Below are positions 1 through 15,550 of a DNA stretch of 63,930 bases, piece by piece (position 1 is the stretch's first letter; the number at the start of each line of letters is the position of its first letter). The translations under genes and the position numbers were made by a program. Under the pieces are notes generated by a model. That model ran no database searches, was not told where the DNA came from, and saw nothing but the letters and a program-made list of their open reading frames with translations. The stretch lies in the NCBI RefSeq assembly GCF_000315625.1, contig NW_005434580.1:53170-117099 (forward strand), written 5' to 3'. Origin of the DNA: Guillardia theta CCMP2712. Lineage: Eukaryota > Protista > Cryptophyta.

Positions 1-127
1 GACCTCCCTCTTCCCCCCCCCCCTTCCTCCCCTTCCTCCCTCCCACCTCCCGCCCCCCTCCCCCCACCCTCTCCCTCCCACGTGTTTCATCCACTCGCCC
101 TCGTCCTCATCCCCCTACTCTCTCACC

Positions 128-1138
128 TTGGCTACTTCGGCCCTGAGCTCCTGCAACACTGAAGGAAGCCTGTAGTCGTCATGTCAGAGAAGGATTCAGA
201 GAGAGAGCGACTAGGTGAGTTGCTGAAATGTATACGAAACGGAAACGAAGGAAGATAACGAGGAGGAGGAGGATGAAGGTGATAAAAGTGGAAGGATTGT
301 TTGTGGAGGAGGGGGAGAGCATCGGAATTTCTTCTTCACCTCCTTGCGAGTAGTTTGATTACAAGCTCCTGCTTCTTTCCTGCCATCGGGCTGGGCGGCG
401 GGAGAGGAGAAGGCAGAGCAAGGGATGGAGGGGGGGAGGAGAGAGAAGAGGAGAAGCAGAGAGGAGATGGAGGGAGTTCCAGAAGGCTGATGGCTTCCTC
501 GCTAGTCCTGCAGAAGAGATGAGGGGATGAAAGCTGAACAAGATTGAGAGAAGGGGAGAAGGAGCAAAGAGAGCAGGTAGGAGGAGAAACAAAGAAGAAA
601 GGGGATGAGGATGAAGGTAGAAGGAGGGAGAAGATGAGGACTAGGGGAGGAAGGAGATGGGGGACAGTGTAGGAGGAAACGTGGAGCAGGAGAGAGGTCA
701 AACGCGGAGCAAGACAGAGGAAGAGGAGGAGCAACCATTCTTGGAGCACTAAGAGGATTTTCATGTGGCTATTTGCCTTAAGACGAAAGTTCTTGAGCAT
801 GTCGGTAACATCCTGCGATACAGACAAGTGAGGGGGAGGGAAGAAGACGATAGTAGAGGAGAAGGAATGCAACGAACGTTGGAAAGTAAGGAGAGGGGGC
901 TGGAGGAGGAGGAGGAGGTGGTGGTGGTGGTGGTGGAGGAGGAGGATGGAGATGAGGATTACGAGGTGGTGGTGGTGGTGGTGGTGGAGGAGGAGGAGGA
1001 GGAGGAGGAGGAGGAAGGAGGAAGGAGGAAGAGGAGGAGGATGATGATGAGGAGGATTAAGATTCACCTCCATCAATTCAACAACATCCCAGGGATCCTC
1101 ATCGTCCTCCTCCGTCTCCTCGTTCCCTTCCCGCACCC

Positions 1139-1181
<43 letters not shown>

Positions 1182-2930
1182 ATCCTTCGCTGCTCTTCTC
1201 TCCTTTATCACATGCTCCACTTCAGTGTGCTGAACGCCAAACCGTATCCTCTTCTCGTCTGTTGACTGAATTGCATTCCCTCCAGAGGTACGCTCCTCGA
1301 CCACTGGCGCTTGCGTGGAGGAGCGATGAGGAGGATGAGGATGAGGATGAGGAGGAGGGTGAGAGGACGAGGTAGAGGTAGGAGAATGTTTCGACTCCTG
1401 TGCTGCCCTCGCTCGATGCCCCTCGATGCTTGAGAAATTTTCCGGCCTGTATGCACCAAAGCAATCAGAAGGGCGACTAGGAGGAGAGAAAGAAGGGGAG
1501 AGAAGGGGGAGAGGGGAGGCATTGGCGACTGGAGGAGGGGAGAACGTGGAGAAGGCAGAGGAGCGGCGGAGAGACACAAAACAAGGAGGGAGGGAAGGAG
1601 GGGAGAATAGGATCATGGAATGAAGAGAAAGAGAGAAGAAACTTGCTTGAACTCGAAGCTTGGAGGAGACGGCTGCTTCTCAACAATCTTGTGTTTGTCG
1701 TCCCCCGTTCCCGACATCTGACAGGCAGGGGAAGGTTGACCGATATTCCGAACAGCAACATGAAGATGCGAGAGGAGCAGAGGACGGAGGAAAAGGACGA
1801 AGGAAGGCAAAGTTGCTTGCTCGGAAACCACAAATGAAAGGGAGGGGGGGAAGGACAGAGGCGGAGGATGGGAAGAACAGCGCTTTACGGGCAGAGCGGT
1901 AAGATCAGAGAGGATGGGATAGAGAGGGATGGCGGAGGAGGCAAGATGTAGTGCACACACATGATACAAGATCAAGAGTTGGGGTGCCAGAGGACGGCAG
2001 GGAGTACGGGGAGGGAGAAGGGAGGAGAGAGGAGGAAGGACGGGAGGAGGGACAATGAGGACGGAAGGAGGGAGGATGATAGAAATAACAGCTCAAGGAA
2101 AGAAGAGCGAAGAGACGGGAGTGAGGGAGGACAAGCCAGGTGCTCGGAGCCTCACCATCTCCTCACTGACGTCCTTCATCGGCCGGTAGGCTTGCAGGGA
2201 GCCTTTGAAGATGGAGCTTGCCATGCCGCAGCCTTCGGAGCAGAAGTACTTCCTCCCCTTGACGCTGGACACCGTTCTCCTCTCGAACAAAATCTGAGAC
2301 TTGCCCACGGGCTTCGACGCGTCTTGCAGGGAGCGATGGCAGAGAGGGTAGCCGCAGAGCCCCTTTAGCGCTCGTTCCTTCGTAGCGTCCTCGTAGTCCT
2401 GGATCGAGATCCACTCGCCCGTTTCCTCCAGCTCCTCCAGGCTAACGGAGTCGTTTTCAAACAGTCTCCTGCACATCACCAGTACCTTCCTCTCTCGCTC
2501 TACCTTAGCCAGCAGCTGGCTCTCGATCTTCTTCCTGTATTCCTCGAGCAGCTTCCGCTTTTCCGCAGCCTCTTGCGTCATCGGTTTGGCTTTCTTTAGG
2601 ATCCCCTTCTTCTTCCCCTTCCTCGGCAAGACCGACGTCGCCGTTTCGGCCTCCTGCCTCTCCTTCACCTCCATCTCAGCCTGCACCTGTCAAGCTATGT
2701 CATGCTCGTGTTGTCTCGAATCGCCCTCTCCTCCTCTCCTCTCCTCTCCTCTCCTCTCCTCAGGTCCTGTCCTGTCCTGTCCTGTCCTGTCCTGTCCTGT
2801 CCCCTCCCCTCTTCTTCTCTTCTCCTCCTTTCTCCCCTTCCCTTCCCTTCCCTTCCACTCTCCTTGTATCACTTCCCTCACTCCCTTCCCCTACCTCCAT
2901 ACCCGCATACATGCACGACTTTGGTATCCA

Positions 2931-2931
<1 letters not shown>
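128..2931 (-). CDS. RPAP2: RPAP2/Rtr1-family RNA polymerase II CTD phosphatase (multi-exon, 3' end probably runs off the window)
   Basis: Exon ~2156-2686 encodes ISIQDYEDATKERALKGLCGYPLC...RKYFCSEGCGMAS, the RTR1-type zinc finger (Y-x-D...ER...CGYPLC...FCS-x2-C). Likely start MDTKVVH at 2931 with a GT donor, and acceptor at 2687. Further acidic/low-complexity exons lie at ~1647-1770, 1067-1480, 740-820, 338-510 and 128-170. Confidence 0.85.
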
Positions 2932-2977
<46 letters not shown>

Positions 2978-2980
2978 ATA

Positions 2981-3032
<52 letters not shown>

Positions 3033-3040
3033 ACCTGCTC
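2931..3040. repeat. (CTCCTG)n hexamer microsatellite
   Basis: Read directly. The same unit occurs at 1138-1180 (coding QEQE on the - strand) and 38562-38640. Confidence 0.9.
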
Positions 3041-3893
3041 CTGTTTCGCCACTGAAAGCATTCAGGGTGCATAGCATGCGAAAACCCGTGAGCAAGGCTG
3101 ATCGCGCGCACGAATGAAAAACTCACTTTTGCAAACAGAAATTCAAAGGCAGCACCGTGATCACAGCTAGACTTTGTCGTACCTGCTAGTTCCGGATATG
3201 ACTTGGGTCCCCTTCCGCAAAAACTGATTTCCCCTAGGGGTAGGGGTGGTACCCGTGACCCAGTGCATTTTCGAATCATAGTCGCTGATTCTAGGTGCCT
3301 TCCCATTGAAAAGTTGAAATATGATCGAGAGATTTGAAATTCAGCCCCCGGTCGTTAGCGCCCGACAACACAGCAACATGTATTTTAAAACGGTACCGTA
3401 ATGTATTTCTTTTCCTATTCCCCGTAATGATATTAAAACGTTTTAATATCTTCGCTCACCCCACCCGCTCCTCGCCTTGCACTGTTGTCTCTGCCCACCC
3501 CACCCTTCTCCTTTGACTACCCTACCCTCAAATAAACCTTCTCACGTGGTTTATTGTACCGGTACCCGTCCCTACGAGCCTCCATTGTTGATACCACCCC
3601 CTCGCCCTCCCCGCTGACGCGGAGACGCGGGAACCATGCACTTGCTATTGCAAGACGGAATGCACAATTAGTCTCTTTCCGCAACATCACAGTCCTCCTC
3701 CTCCTCCTCCCTCTCCTCCTCCTCCTTTCCCTTCATATGTTTATGCTTCATGCTCTCACATGCCCTGTCACTGACCTCTCACTCACTCATTGCTGAAGAT
3801 TGGACCTCTCATACGCAAATAACCTTGTAGAACATGATGCTGTGTCTAGCTCTCATCGTTCTCTTACAAAATAGACCTGCTGTTATTTTCAAC

Positions 3894-4194
3894 TTAGATT
3901 TGGAATTTTATCTTCCTTCTCCGTGTCAAACTGATGCCGGTTGCTGATGTAAAACTCCCGAAAGCATCTTCTTTGCTGGCCATTTCTAAGTTCCTGCTGC
4001 AGCATGAGTTAGTGAGATGGGACACATCGGGTCTTTTCACAGCTACCTTACACATTTCAATGCTGTTGATATTTGATCATGATTTGCTCCCTGAGATAGT
4101 TTCGTTCCTCCAGTGCCATGCCGTACAACATCCATACCTCACCTTCAAACTGAATGCTGTTGGCTCGCAGACTCGAACACAGAATCTGGTCCAT
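3894..4194 (-). CDS. Possible small spliced orphan gene divergent from the kinase
   Basis: ATG at 4194 plus two short GT-AG introns gives MDQILCSSLRANSIQFEGE|GANHDQISTALKCVS|RNLEMASKEDAFGSFTSATGISLTRRRKIKFQI*. No homology recognised. Confidence 0.25.
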
Positions 4195-4375
4195 GATTGT
4201 TATCAGGTTGTGTACCTTATAAAGGCCATCACTTGGTCGACGTTGCGATATTAATCCTGGTGAGATCGATTATCCTTATTCTTACGCGCCGCGGTGACTG
4301 TATTGCAGCAAAGCGATTTCGTGGTGCTGGCCGTGTAAGATAACGCCAGGAGAAGATTAGGTCAAATTTGCAGGA

Positions 4376-7062
<2,687 letters not shown>

Positions 7063-8790
7063 GTGTGCGATGGACGAGCGAGGAGTCTGCTGTTCGAGCA
7101 GAGAGATTAGTATTGTCCATCTTAACCATGTTGCTTGAAGTTGTATCTCTTCGCGTCGTTTAAACCGACTCATCAATGTTTCAATCATCGGCCCGGGACG
7201 GGTAGACTTCTGTGGTCAAGCCTGGCAGCTGGGTCTCAGCACAGGGTCACCGTGGCAGCGGGCCGCTGCCGCTTCACTGTACACTGGCGCTGCCAACAGG
7301 CACACACCGTTGGCAGCGCCGCTCAGCATCCATGATAGCATGGCGTGCAATCGCTGAGTAGAGTATTTTCGACGGAGACGGTGCAAATTGGGCCGCAGTG
7401 CGGCTTCGTGTCACTGAACTTTCAAGTCGAGTCACAAGTTTTGCAAGTTTGCAAGTTGACTCACGGTGACTCAGTGGCCATTGCCGCGAGATCGGCCGGC
7501 CCCCGGGCCGCCGAGGCTCGGTCCCGACCGTCGGACTCTCGACGGTGCCACCGTACGGTCCGGGTGAGCGGCGGCTCGGTGAGCGTGGCCGAACTTCCGA
7601 ACTTGAAAGTTTGACTAGCGCCGGCTCTGAAAGTTGAAAGTTTTTAAACTTCAGTCAGAAGTTTTCTCGGAACTTGACACTGTAAAACGTTTTACTATAA
7701 AATGTAGCCGACTGTTCCACCCCTTTCTCTCATATCTTTTTAGACCCACAGTAGATACCTTTTAGTACCAGTGAAGAATATCAGTACGGAGTTCTTTTTA
7801 AATGAAGTACATCTATTTTTATATCGTACTGTAAAACTTGCATGATATAATAAATAATTTTATATTTTATTCTTTTCAACTTTTAAAACATCTGTTTTAA
7901 ATACCCCTCGCCCTGGCAAACGGGCAATCTTGACTACAACACATACAGATCGGCCACCCCACCCCCTTCCACCACCCTACACCAAACCGAAATCCTCTGT
8001 GTCCCTTTCGTTTAGCTGGAAACTTCCCATTACTACCTGGTCCTGAGATGAAATCACAGGGGGGTGGGTCCAGGAGTAAAATATTGACTATAACACTTAT
8101 TTAGGGTGCGCCCGTAGCCGCGATGCGGAGGGAGGGCAATGGAAAGAGGAATGTGGTGGAGAAGAGAGAGAGGAGAGGAAGCGAGGCGATACGACAAGGT
8201 TTGTACGTGATGAATGAATCAGAAGAATAGAGATGGGAAGAAAACAGCTACGATCAACTCATGGGATATGCTAATGGAGTCAAGAAGATGCCGGTGGTCA
8301 AGGCAGGGAAAGTATGGGATTCAAGCTAAAGAGAGGGAATGGCTCGCATATGAGAGACGAGAATTGCTCGTGGTGGTGATATTCAATGCATTCATTGACT
8401 AGAAATGTTTTTGACATCGTCATTGTGTTGAGAAAGTTGACTTGCAAGGTCATTGAAGTTTGAGGTCGCGTCAGCGAGATTCTGATGGCTGTGATGGGTA
8501 GCCTAGAAAACTTCACGAATTGACCAATAGGTTTGTTTTTACTATGCATCATTCGAACATTCTTGGTTGGATTCAAAGCGTGTGGGGAAGCTCGGGATGA
8601 GTTTGTGACAAAGTTCAACAGTGGGATTTCTCAGTAACAGGTTTGAAATGATAACACAACATCGTAGAAAAATGAGAAGCTCTTGTGTTTTAATGCGAAC
8701 TTGTGATAGTGAGCGACTAGTCAATCAGTTTGAAGTGTGAGCGGAGGTGAGAAAAACGGCTGGCAAGATATGATTTGTATCGCGCTTGAA

Positions 8791-8848
8791 GGTCTAACAG
8801 AATGGAGAAGGTCTAACAGAATGGAGATGGTCTAACAGAATGGAGATG
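8791..8848. repeat. ~19 bp tandem repeat x3 (GGTCTAACAGAATGGAGAW)
   Basis: Read directly, upstream of the MAPK. Confidence 0.85.
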
Positions 8849-9058
8849 TCTACGGTGACTAGGAGAGGGTTGAGATAAGCAGCATTGGACTGACTTCGGT
8901 CATGAGCTGACACCACAAAGCTGGACGTCTTGATCGATGCTCACCCTGCCTATGGTAGCAGGAAATCGTTGGCAACTGAGCAGCGCTACAAGAAGCTTTA
9001 GTCAAGACAGGACACACGAAGGGGTCACAGCGTCCCCTTGCTCTTTATCGGTCCCTAG

Positions 9059-12000
9059 GGACAGAATCTCTTTCGTCTTCCTGTGGCTCTCAATCCGCTC
9101 AGGTGATGCGCAGACTGTCGTGCTTGCTTCCTGTGCTCTTACCCCATCGCAGGATGACTTTCACTATCGAGAATCAAATCTTTACCATCCCAGATAAGGT
9201 ATGCGAGCTTTGCTGGAGCGGTCTGAAAGGCTGTAACGTTCATGAACAGTACGTGCCGCTGCAGAACAAGCTTCTTGGCAAAGGAGCGTATGGTCATGTT
9301 TGCGCCGTCTCGAACAAGGATACAGGAGAGCGTCTTGCGGTCAAGAAGGTATTGCTGCCATTCACTCCTGGTGTGGACGTTTAAATCCTTGTCAACAGGT
9401 CAAAAATGCTTTTGATGACCTTGTTGATGCGAAGAGAGTTCTACGCGAGATCAGGTCGTTATGGCTCGCAGTCTGATGATGAAGAGGAAGCTGAGAATGA
9501 TCGTCGACAGGCTCCTGTGCTCGTTCGATCACGAGAACGTCCTCTGCATCAAGGATCTGCACATGCCGCTGGACCCGAATGGTGGGAGGCTTGTGGATTG
9601 ATCAGCTGTGCTGACAGTGATGAACAGGCAAGCATGAAGACGTCTACATCATCACTGAGCTTCTCGACACCGACTTGTCCAAGGTTAGATGATTTTGGAG
9701 AGCGAGACGGTCAGGGCTGAACATACCCGCTGAACTTACTTGCAGGTTATCTACTCCCCGCAGCCTCTGATCGACGACCATTGTCAGGTACACGAACAGC
9801 AGGCTCACATTCCAACTCTCTGACTGTGACTGTGAAGTACTTCCTCTACCAAGTCTGCCGAGGCTTGAAATACCTTCACAGCGCAAGGCAACCCAGCCCT
9901 AGGCACTCTTTCAGCCCTCTGTTGGTTTGACGTTCTGGTTGCTTGCAGAGTGCTACATCGCGATCTCAAACCCGGAAATCTCCTTGGTGAGAATCAGAGA
10001 GAGAGGGAGGGAGGGAGGGGGAGGGAGAGAAAGAAGGTCAGCTCGTGCTGATTCGGTGCCTATGCAGTGAATAGCAACTGTGACTTGAAAATCTGCGATT
10101 TTGGCCTGGCGAGGCTGGAGGAGGTAGACAGGAGGAGCCTGTCGATGATGTGCTGAAGATGTTACAAGGATACCAACCCATCAACGATGACAGCCTATGT
10201 CGTCACGCGATGGTACAGGTGAGACGCATGCTCCTCGTTGGAAGAGGAGGAGGAAAGGGGATCGGGGGATAGAGGGGCGATGTGGGGCTGGGGAGGGGAG
10301 AGGTGTTGATAGCTATCCCAGGGCACCAGAGCTCTTGTACCTCAAGAACTACACTGAAGCTATCGACATCTGGTATGCCCCCTCATCTTCGAACTCGTCC
10401 CCCCACCTTCGTTGAGATGCATCCCCCTCTTGCTCAATCCGAAGATCCTCCCTTGCACAAAGATCAGGAGCTCCTTCAGCTGCCTCCCAGCTGCCTCCCA
10501 GCTGCGTCCCAGTAACAGGATGCCGATCAGGTCTGTGGGCTGCATCTTTGCGGAGATTCTTGGCCGAAAAGCGTTCTTGCAAGGAAAGAACTACCAGGTA
10601 ACAGGCACACGGTCTCACTCGAGGGCCCTTCTCCAAGAGATTCCTCCTTCACCTTCCCTGCTGCCCCTGCCCCTGCCCGTCTCCCTCTCCCATGCTTTCT
10701 CCCCCCTGCTTCTCGCTCTCCTCTCCTTTCTCCAGTCTCCAGGTCCCACTAAATCTCATCTTTCAGGACCAGCTGCTTGTCATTTTTCAGATTGTGGGGC
10801 CGCCGACAGGTCAGCACAATTTCTTGCCTACCGCGAGGGGTCTGACGCTGGATTCGTCGGTTTTGGCTTGTTCTGCAGAGGAAGACCTGCAGGTTTATTT
10901 CACCTTGACTCCTCCTCTTTCCTACCTCTTCTCTTTGGAAACCCCGACCCCTCTCACCCTCTCCGCTTTCTTTCCCACAAGCACTTCTTGGGCGTTTTCT
11001 TCCCCCTTCCTCCTCCTCCTCCTCCTCCTCCTCCTCCTCCTCCTCCTTGTTTTTATCTCTTTCTCAGTCCTCGTCGTTGCAACCCAGTCACTGACGCGGA
11101 ACCAGGTTGTCCCCAACCCGGAAGTTCGAGAATACATCCGCAAGCTGCCCAAGGTGAGGAGGAAGGCGTGGGATAGCAGAACAGAGGGGGTTCTACACAG
11201 TAAGGGACGGGAGGGAGCGAGGGATGAAGGGATAGATGGATGATGGGAGGGAGGTAGGGAGGGACGAACAGGGGAGGAGGAGGGGGGAGGGGGCAAGACG
11301 GGATGAGCAGGACTGACGAGTTTCCCTTAGCCAACCCGCATCGTCCCACTCAAGGAAAGGTTCCCCAAGGCAAGACCCGAGGCCATAGGTTTCCATGTCA
11401 AGTTCCAGCTGGGTTGTAGCTGAGAATGCTCGCAGACTTGTTGAGTATGATGTTGAGGTTCAACCCGCACAAGAGGCCGACGGTGAGAAATCCTCCCCTT
11501 GCTCCCTCCAGCTCCTCCCCCCCCCTCCCCTTGCTCCTGCTCCCTTCCTACCTCTCCTCCCGTCCCTGGCTGTCCCTCTCTCCTTGCGTCCTGCATTTCT
11601 CTCCCCTTGCTGTCTTTTTCCTCCGTTCCTCTCCTTCTCTTTGCCTTCAACCTCTTCGTTTCCCTTCAACCCTCCTATGCTCCCGTCTCCTCGCCTCCTC
11701 CCTCCTTCTTGCTGCTTCCCGCCCCCGCCCTTCCCCCATCCCTTGATTCTTCTTTCTAGCTGATCACTGCTCTCATTATCTTTCAGGCTGCGCAATGTCT
11801 AGAGCATCCTTACCTGGCTGAGTACCACGACCCTGAGGACGAGCCTGAGAGCGACTCGCACTTCGAGTGGGAGTTTGAGGGGTGAGGATGGGTAGGAGGT
11901 TTGAGATGTTGCTGACGACGATGGCAGGATGGAGTTGTCGAGGGATCAGATCAGAGCATACATGTTTGATGAGGTGATGCCTGCTGCCGCTGCTGTAGTG

Positions 12001-12282
12001 GTGTAGAGCAGAGGAGAGGAGCAGGAGGAGGAAGGAACAAGGAGGAGGAAGAAGGAGCAGGAGCAGGGTAAGGGGTCAAGGGGGTAAGGGGAGGGGCGGT
12101 AGAAGAGAGGCGAGGAGGGCAATAGCATTCCTGCCTGATGCGATTCTTGTGGTGTCGTGTCTTCACGGGTTCTGTTCATGTTGACATCGTTGTCTTGTTC
12201 CATCTACTGCATCGTCTCTCACGATATGCGGCAGGTGAAGAAGATCGCATCAAAGAACAACACTCCTCTCTATGGGCAATGA
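9059..12282 (+). CDS. Mitogen-activated protein kinase (ERK/plant-MPK-like) with TAY activation motif; true start probably slightly upstream
   Basis: Spliced translation: [12 protein letters not shown]...LAVKK|[21 protein letters not shown]...[17 protein letters not shown]|[12 protein letters not shown]|[16 protein letters not shown]...[11 protein letters not shown]|APELL...IDIW|[13 protein letters not shown]...[14 protein letters not shown] (CD docking site). Stop at 12280-12282. Confidence 0.95.
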
Positions 12283-12626
12283 CGAGAAACACGTTAAACT
12301 GATTTTGAAACGGAAGGCACGAGGCAGGGAGACGAATTGATTGTTGTTTGTGCGATATTTACAACAAGGCAAAACAAGATCTCAAGGTTGTTCAGATCAA
12401 TTCCTTCGCAGGAGTGTCCTACAAGCTTCATCAATCCGTACGATTGACATTGAATTTTTTCTCTTTTTCCCTTTCACTTCTCCTTCTTGCTTTCTCTTCT
12501 CGTCTTGGATCTACATGTCACATTTTCTTTTCTCATCCTTTTCCCTCATACAATCACCAGCATACTTCTTTCCCATTTTCTTCGCTCCCTCCCAATCCTG
12601 CGCTCATGTGCTCCCTCCTCCTCTCC

Positions 12627-13686
12627 TTATGATATCCTCTGAAAGTCTTGTCGGCATCTCCCTCCTGCAACTCCTGCAAACCCTGCAGCCTTGTAAGCCC
12701 TTTGATCCTCCTTCTTCCCTCCCCTCTCCCCCCACTGCCCCCTCATACTCCCCCTTTCAGCTCCCTGTCCCCTCCCTCCTCCCTCCCTTCCTCCCCCCTC
12801 TCTCTCCTGTTCCCTCACTCCTCTCCATCCCCCCCTCATTTCCTCACCTTGTTGAAATCTCTCTACGTTCCCCGCGTACCATCCTCGCAGTTTCCCCTTC
12901 AGCTTCTTCTTCCTCCTGCCCGCCGTCTTGCCCGCTGCCGTTATCCTCACTTTCCACACCTCATCGTAGCACACGCTGTTCCCCGGCAGCCACGAAGGCT
13001 CCGGCCAGCTCTCCGACCTGCCGTCCAGCTCACTGTCATGGTCAGCACAAGCCGAGCAGAGGCACTTACGGGCACTGATCGGGCCAGGCCGCAAAGTCCT
13101 CGGCGTTGGGAGCGCCGAGGGAGCGAACGATGTCTGGGATGAGCTCATGGTGCCAGGAGACGAGGGCAGTGTCGCCGCAGGAGAGAGAGCTGAGGAGGAG
13201 TAGGAGAGACGACATGTCTTTCTTGCCGATGGAGCTCTCCACCGGCAGCCCGAGCTGCTCGGAGAGGGGGAGGAGCGTGTCGAAGGCTCGAGAGCTCTTA
13301 CCTGGCTCTGTCCTCGCTGCGACGAGGCGGTTCGGAGGTCCTCTGTCTAGGATCCTTGACACGTGCAGCGAGCAGTTGGAGATGTAGACGGCACGTGCAT
13401 GCCCGACCATGCTCAGACCGTTGTCGGAGGAGTCTGCTGGCTTCTCACCATGGCGTACAATGATGACCTCGGCTTGGCAGATAGGAGAGCTGCGAGAGGA
13501 AATGTCACCCACCAGGAGAACGCTCATGAGGAGGACGAGGAAGAGGGTCCCTAGTAGAGTGACTTTGGTGAGGCAGGGCAAGAAGCGCTTTGCGTTCCCT
13601 TCTTCCTCCTCCTCCTCTGCTTCACTGGGAGAACGCGGGATGTTGTACTCGTCGTCATCTGGTAGTTGATGGAGAGGTGCAAACAT
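12627..13686 (-). CDS. Histidine phosphatase (phosphoglycerate-mutase-like) with N-terminal membrane anchor
   Basis: IIVRHGEKP catalytic motif, GHARA, SSRAFDTLLPL and LVSWHHELIP. A hydrophobic segment VTLLGTLFLVLLMSVLLVG precedes the domain. Two GT-AG introns (~13034-13069 and ~12683-12848) give an open frame to the stop at 12627. Confidence 0.8.
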
Positions 13687-13860
13687 GGTCTGACCTACGA
13701 ATCCATCAAAAGTCAAACGTAATTCGCATTTTCGTCATTGTAGGCGTTCTTCATCAATCCCCTTCCCTCGCTGCCTGCCCCTAGCTGTTCCGCTTTCTCT
13801 CTCTTACTGCGTGCCTGGTGTGCAATACTTCCAGTCTTCCGTCGTCTTCTCCTCTGTCTA

Positions 13861-14014
<154 letters not shown>

Positions 14015-14413
14015 CCTCCTTCTCTTTCCCTCGCTCCCTCTCCCTCTCCGCTCCTACCTTGCTACCATCACTCTTCTCCCTCCCTCTCCCTCCCTCTCCC
14101 TCCCCTCCCCCTCTCCCATCTGCTCTCCGATCTGCTCCCTCTGTACTAGCTGTTGGGCCATGGCGCCCGGCGGGCGTAGCTTCGAACTTTAAAACTTTGA
14201 AAGTTTGAATTTTCGAAGAACCTCCAAACTTTCATAGTCGCACTCAAACATTTTGGAACTTTTCAAGTTTTGAACTATGGACGCCTCAAACTTTTCAAGT
14301 TTTTACTGTCAAAGTTTCAAACTTTTATCTTTCAGCGCCCGGCGGATCGTAGGGGGCGGGTTACTGTAGTAAATTTGGTACAGTGTGAAGGGGAAAGGAA
14401 AAGGCAAGGTTAT

Positions 14414-15313
14414 ATGGCGCAGATCGGCGCGACCAACGGTGCAAGCGGCATGCTCGCGCTGGAAGGAGAGAGGCGGGAGGTAGGAGACGGGAGCGAACAT
14501 GCAGGAGCGAAGAGCAACGAGCTCGCAGGGAGCCTTTGCCTGCATGCAGAGAAGATGGGTGCAGGGCTGCAGAAAGATTCTTCGGAAGAAGCGATAACGA
14601 CACCGAGGTCGTGCGCGTCTTCTTCTGCTGGGTCATGCTGCCGCCGGCCACTCAGCCTGAACAGGAGGGTGATGGATATGCACAGCAATGATCTCTACTT
14701 CTTCTCTGAGCTGAGCAGGGCAGAGGGAATCGAGGTCGGCAAGTCATGGCTGCTGGAGAGTACGGGAGTCTCCCTCTCTAGAGCGTCTTCCCGGTCCTCT
14801 TCCCCCGTCCGCTCACCAAGCAGAGGATCTTGCAGACTCAAGCTAACGATCCCTTCCTCGCCAAGAACCAAGCGAAGCTCGCCCATCCCCACACCGATGG
14901 ACAGGAGAAGGCGGTTGAGTGATGTGATAGAGGCGTTTGAGAACGATTACTTCGCAAGGGCCATGAGCTCACGGAATCTCCTCGAGTTGGCAGCGCCTCA
15001 CGACACTTTCGTCCATGAGCAGATCTGGGACTTCGTCTGCTATCTGCTCATGAGCTGCCTGAGGCTGCTCCGCTACCTGCTGTCGACTTCCATCATGGAC
15101 CTGGAGCTGGAGACGTGCAGCAACCTACTGCCAGGGGGGTTGATAACTTTCAAGAGCCTATGGACAAGATCGTCAAGTTCATCAACTCAAGACAGCAGCG
15201 ACAGCAAGGGGTCTTCCTCTCCTGAGAGTTTGCTATCCAAGTCGTCAACCCCGAGGACCAGGAGCGCAGTGAAGCAGGAGTCCACTGTCTCAGACCCGAC
15301 GGCTCTTAAGTGA
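14414..15313 (+). CDS. Intronless Ser/Arg-rich hypothetical protein (~299 aa)
   Basis: Long non-repetitive ORF from ATG 14414, downstream of an AACTT/AAGTT-rich block. No domain recognised. Confidence 0.6.
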   Translation: MAQIGATNGASGMLALEGERREVGDGSEHAGAKSNELAGSLCLHAEKMGAGLQKDSSEEAITTPRSCASSSAGSCCRRPLSLNRRVMDMHSNDLYFFSELSRAEGIEVGKSWLLESTGVSLSRASSRSSSPVRSPSRGSCRLKLTIPSSPRTKRSSPIPTPMDRRRRLSDVIEAFENDYFARAMSSRNLLELAAPHDTFVHEQIWDFVCYLLMSCLRLLRYLLSTSIMDLELETCSNLLPGGLITFKSLWTRSSSSSTQDSSDSKGSSSPESLLSKSSTPRTRSAVKQESTVSDPTALK

Positions 15314-15550
15314 GCGTGTGAGTTTGAAAGGAGCGTGTAATTTTCTGTCCGAGTAAAGGTGTACGTGTTGTTGTGCCCTCTAGCTGCTGAGCGCCGGGTT
15401 CTCCGTCTTGGCTGCTGTTCCGTCATACGTCGACTTGCAGCAGTCACTGTACTGTTGCGAACATGTCAGTTGTCTCCAACCTCTCAAACCCCATTCTATC
15501 CTCCCCTGCAACACCCTCCCCTCCCCACTTCCTCCCCCCATCCCCCCTCT

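Noticed and set aside
8298-8724. Minus-strand gene upstream of the MAPK
   Set aside because: No recognisable motif or convincing splice model.
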